From Polyangiaceae bacterium (GTDB lineage: Bacteria; Myxococcota_A; Polyangia; Polyangiales; Polyangiaceae): a stretch of DNA of 64,000 bases. Below the pieces are notes generated by a model. The model was not told the origin of the DNA, made no database searches, and saw only the letters and a list, made by a program, of their open reading frames with translations. How positions within the stretch are numbered: position 1 is the stretch's first letter; each line of letters begins with the position of its first letter. The translations under genes and the position numbers were made by a program. The stretch covers positions 64,001 to 128,000 of the forward strand of contig JBILLK010000007.1 of assembly GCA_044376115.1 (NCBI GenBank). The letters are read 5' to 3'. Of this stretch, positions 63,073 to 64,000 are shown piece by piece.

Positions 63073-64000
63073 TCAGTTGTGTTGAATGCGCGCGGTGTCC
63101 GCATCCACGCTCGCGCCGCTGAGATCGAGGTCAGTACCCTCGAAGGTGATGCCCGTCTTGGTGACGGTGATGACGCTTGATCCACAGCGGATGCGCACGG
63201 AGTTCACGGCCTCCACCCACACCGTCGGGGCCTCACCGGCCATCGTTTTCTTGACCACGATCTCCTGCGTCGTGTCCGCGTTGTCGATGAACTCGTCCTG
63301 CGTGTCGATCTTGATGGACCCCTTGACCGTCTCGGTGAAGCTCTTACCGACGGTGGTGGAGCGCTCACCTTCGTTGCAGATCTCCACCTTGTCGGCGTCG
63401 ATCTTCTGAACGTACTTCTTGGCGACCGTGTCTGAGAGCGTCTCGCCTGCGATGCGCTCGAGCGATCCGTTCACGGTGACCGTCGACTTCTTCTCCACGT
63501 TCAGCTGGATGTCGCCTTTGCAGACTTCGGTCATCGAGCCAGTGACGGTGAGCTTGCGGTTGCCGACGACGCGTACGACCGTGCTTTGCCCTACGGTGAG
63601 CGCCTCGTTTCCCCCGACCTCGCGGCTGTGATCACCGCCAACGATGACTGCAAGGTCGTTTACGACTTCTAGGTCCTCGTTGCCATCGACCTTGATGGTC
63701 TGGTCCTTCGAGACCTTCATCGTGCCGTTGTCGTCGATGCTGCGCTGCATGTCATTTTTGACGGTCAGCGTGTGGTTGCCTTTGACCCGTTCGGTGCGCT
63801 TCTCGCGCGTGAGTTGGTTCATGTCGCGCGAAGCGTTGATGAACATCTCCTGACGGCCCGCCGCGTCTTCGAACCGGATCTCATTGTGTGAGCCTCCTCC
63901 CGGCGTGGTCGCCGTCTTCCACACGACGAGCGTCATGTTCTTCGGCAGCTCGTACTCCGGCGGATGATTCTGATCGTGAATGCGGGACAGGATGGCGGGC
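63073..64000 (-). CDS. vgrG: second VgrG, 3' part (starts beyond the window)
   Basis: Frame open to the window edge: PAILSRIHDQNHPPEYELPKN...NEIRFEDAAGRQEMFINASRD, then gp5-like repeats. Confidence 0.9.
   Translation of the reverse strand, partial: PAILSRIHDQNHPPEYELPKNMTLVVWKTATTPGGGSHNEIRFEDAAGRQEMFINASRDMNQLTREKRTERVKGNHTLTVKNDMQRSIDDNGTMKVSKDQTIKVDGNEDLEVVNDLAVIVGGDHSREVGGNEALTVGQSTVVRVVGNRKLTVTGSMTEVCKGDIQLNVEKKSTVTVNGSLERIAGETLSDTVAKKYVQKIDADKVEICNEGERSTTVGKSFTETVKGSIKIDTQDEFIDNADTTQEIVVKKTMAGEAPTVWVEAVNSVRIRCGSSVITVTKTGITFEGTDLDLSGASVDADTARIQHN

Overview
GC-rich chromosomal window from a myxobacterium (Myxococcota, Polyangiales-like; inferred from a TIGR04552-like gene, an MglC-like roadblock gene, DUF4388, Gly-rich-linker lipoproteins and a giant TPR protein). 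All family calls are from motif recognition by eye, not database searches. The first half (1-32.2 kb) is mostly core genome: ompA-like, dnaE, LysR, MoxR, bamD, M50 protease, mglC-aroQ-accB-accC, a GltD/FNR fusion oxidoreductase, nth and a Ser/Thr kinase. It also contains three intact-looking pseudoenzymes: an aconitase lacking its Fe-S cysteines and catalytic motifs, a Fic protein lacking the catalytic His and carrying a histone-H1-like tail, and a 1755-aa EAD-like/pseudokinase/TPR protein. The second half is accessory and conflict DNA. It includes an Rhs protein whose C-terminal toxin has a zinc deaminase signature (HAE...CxxC) with two translationally coupled candidate immunity genes. It also has a WGR/beta-propeller gene, an RND efflux operon with its own LytS/LytTR pair and three 21-bp-spaced AlgR-like boxes, a palindromic 94-bp tandem repeat, and FGE-domain remnants. 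The window ends in a type VI secretion spike cluster (two tandem vgrG, a DUF4150 PAAR-like protein fused to an unrecognised effector, DUF2169, PRK06147-like, TIGR02270-like). I saw no rRNA, tRNA, CRISPR array, transposase or integrase.
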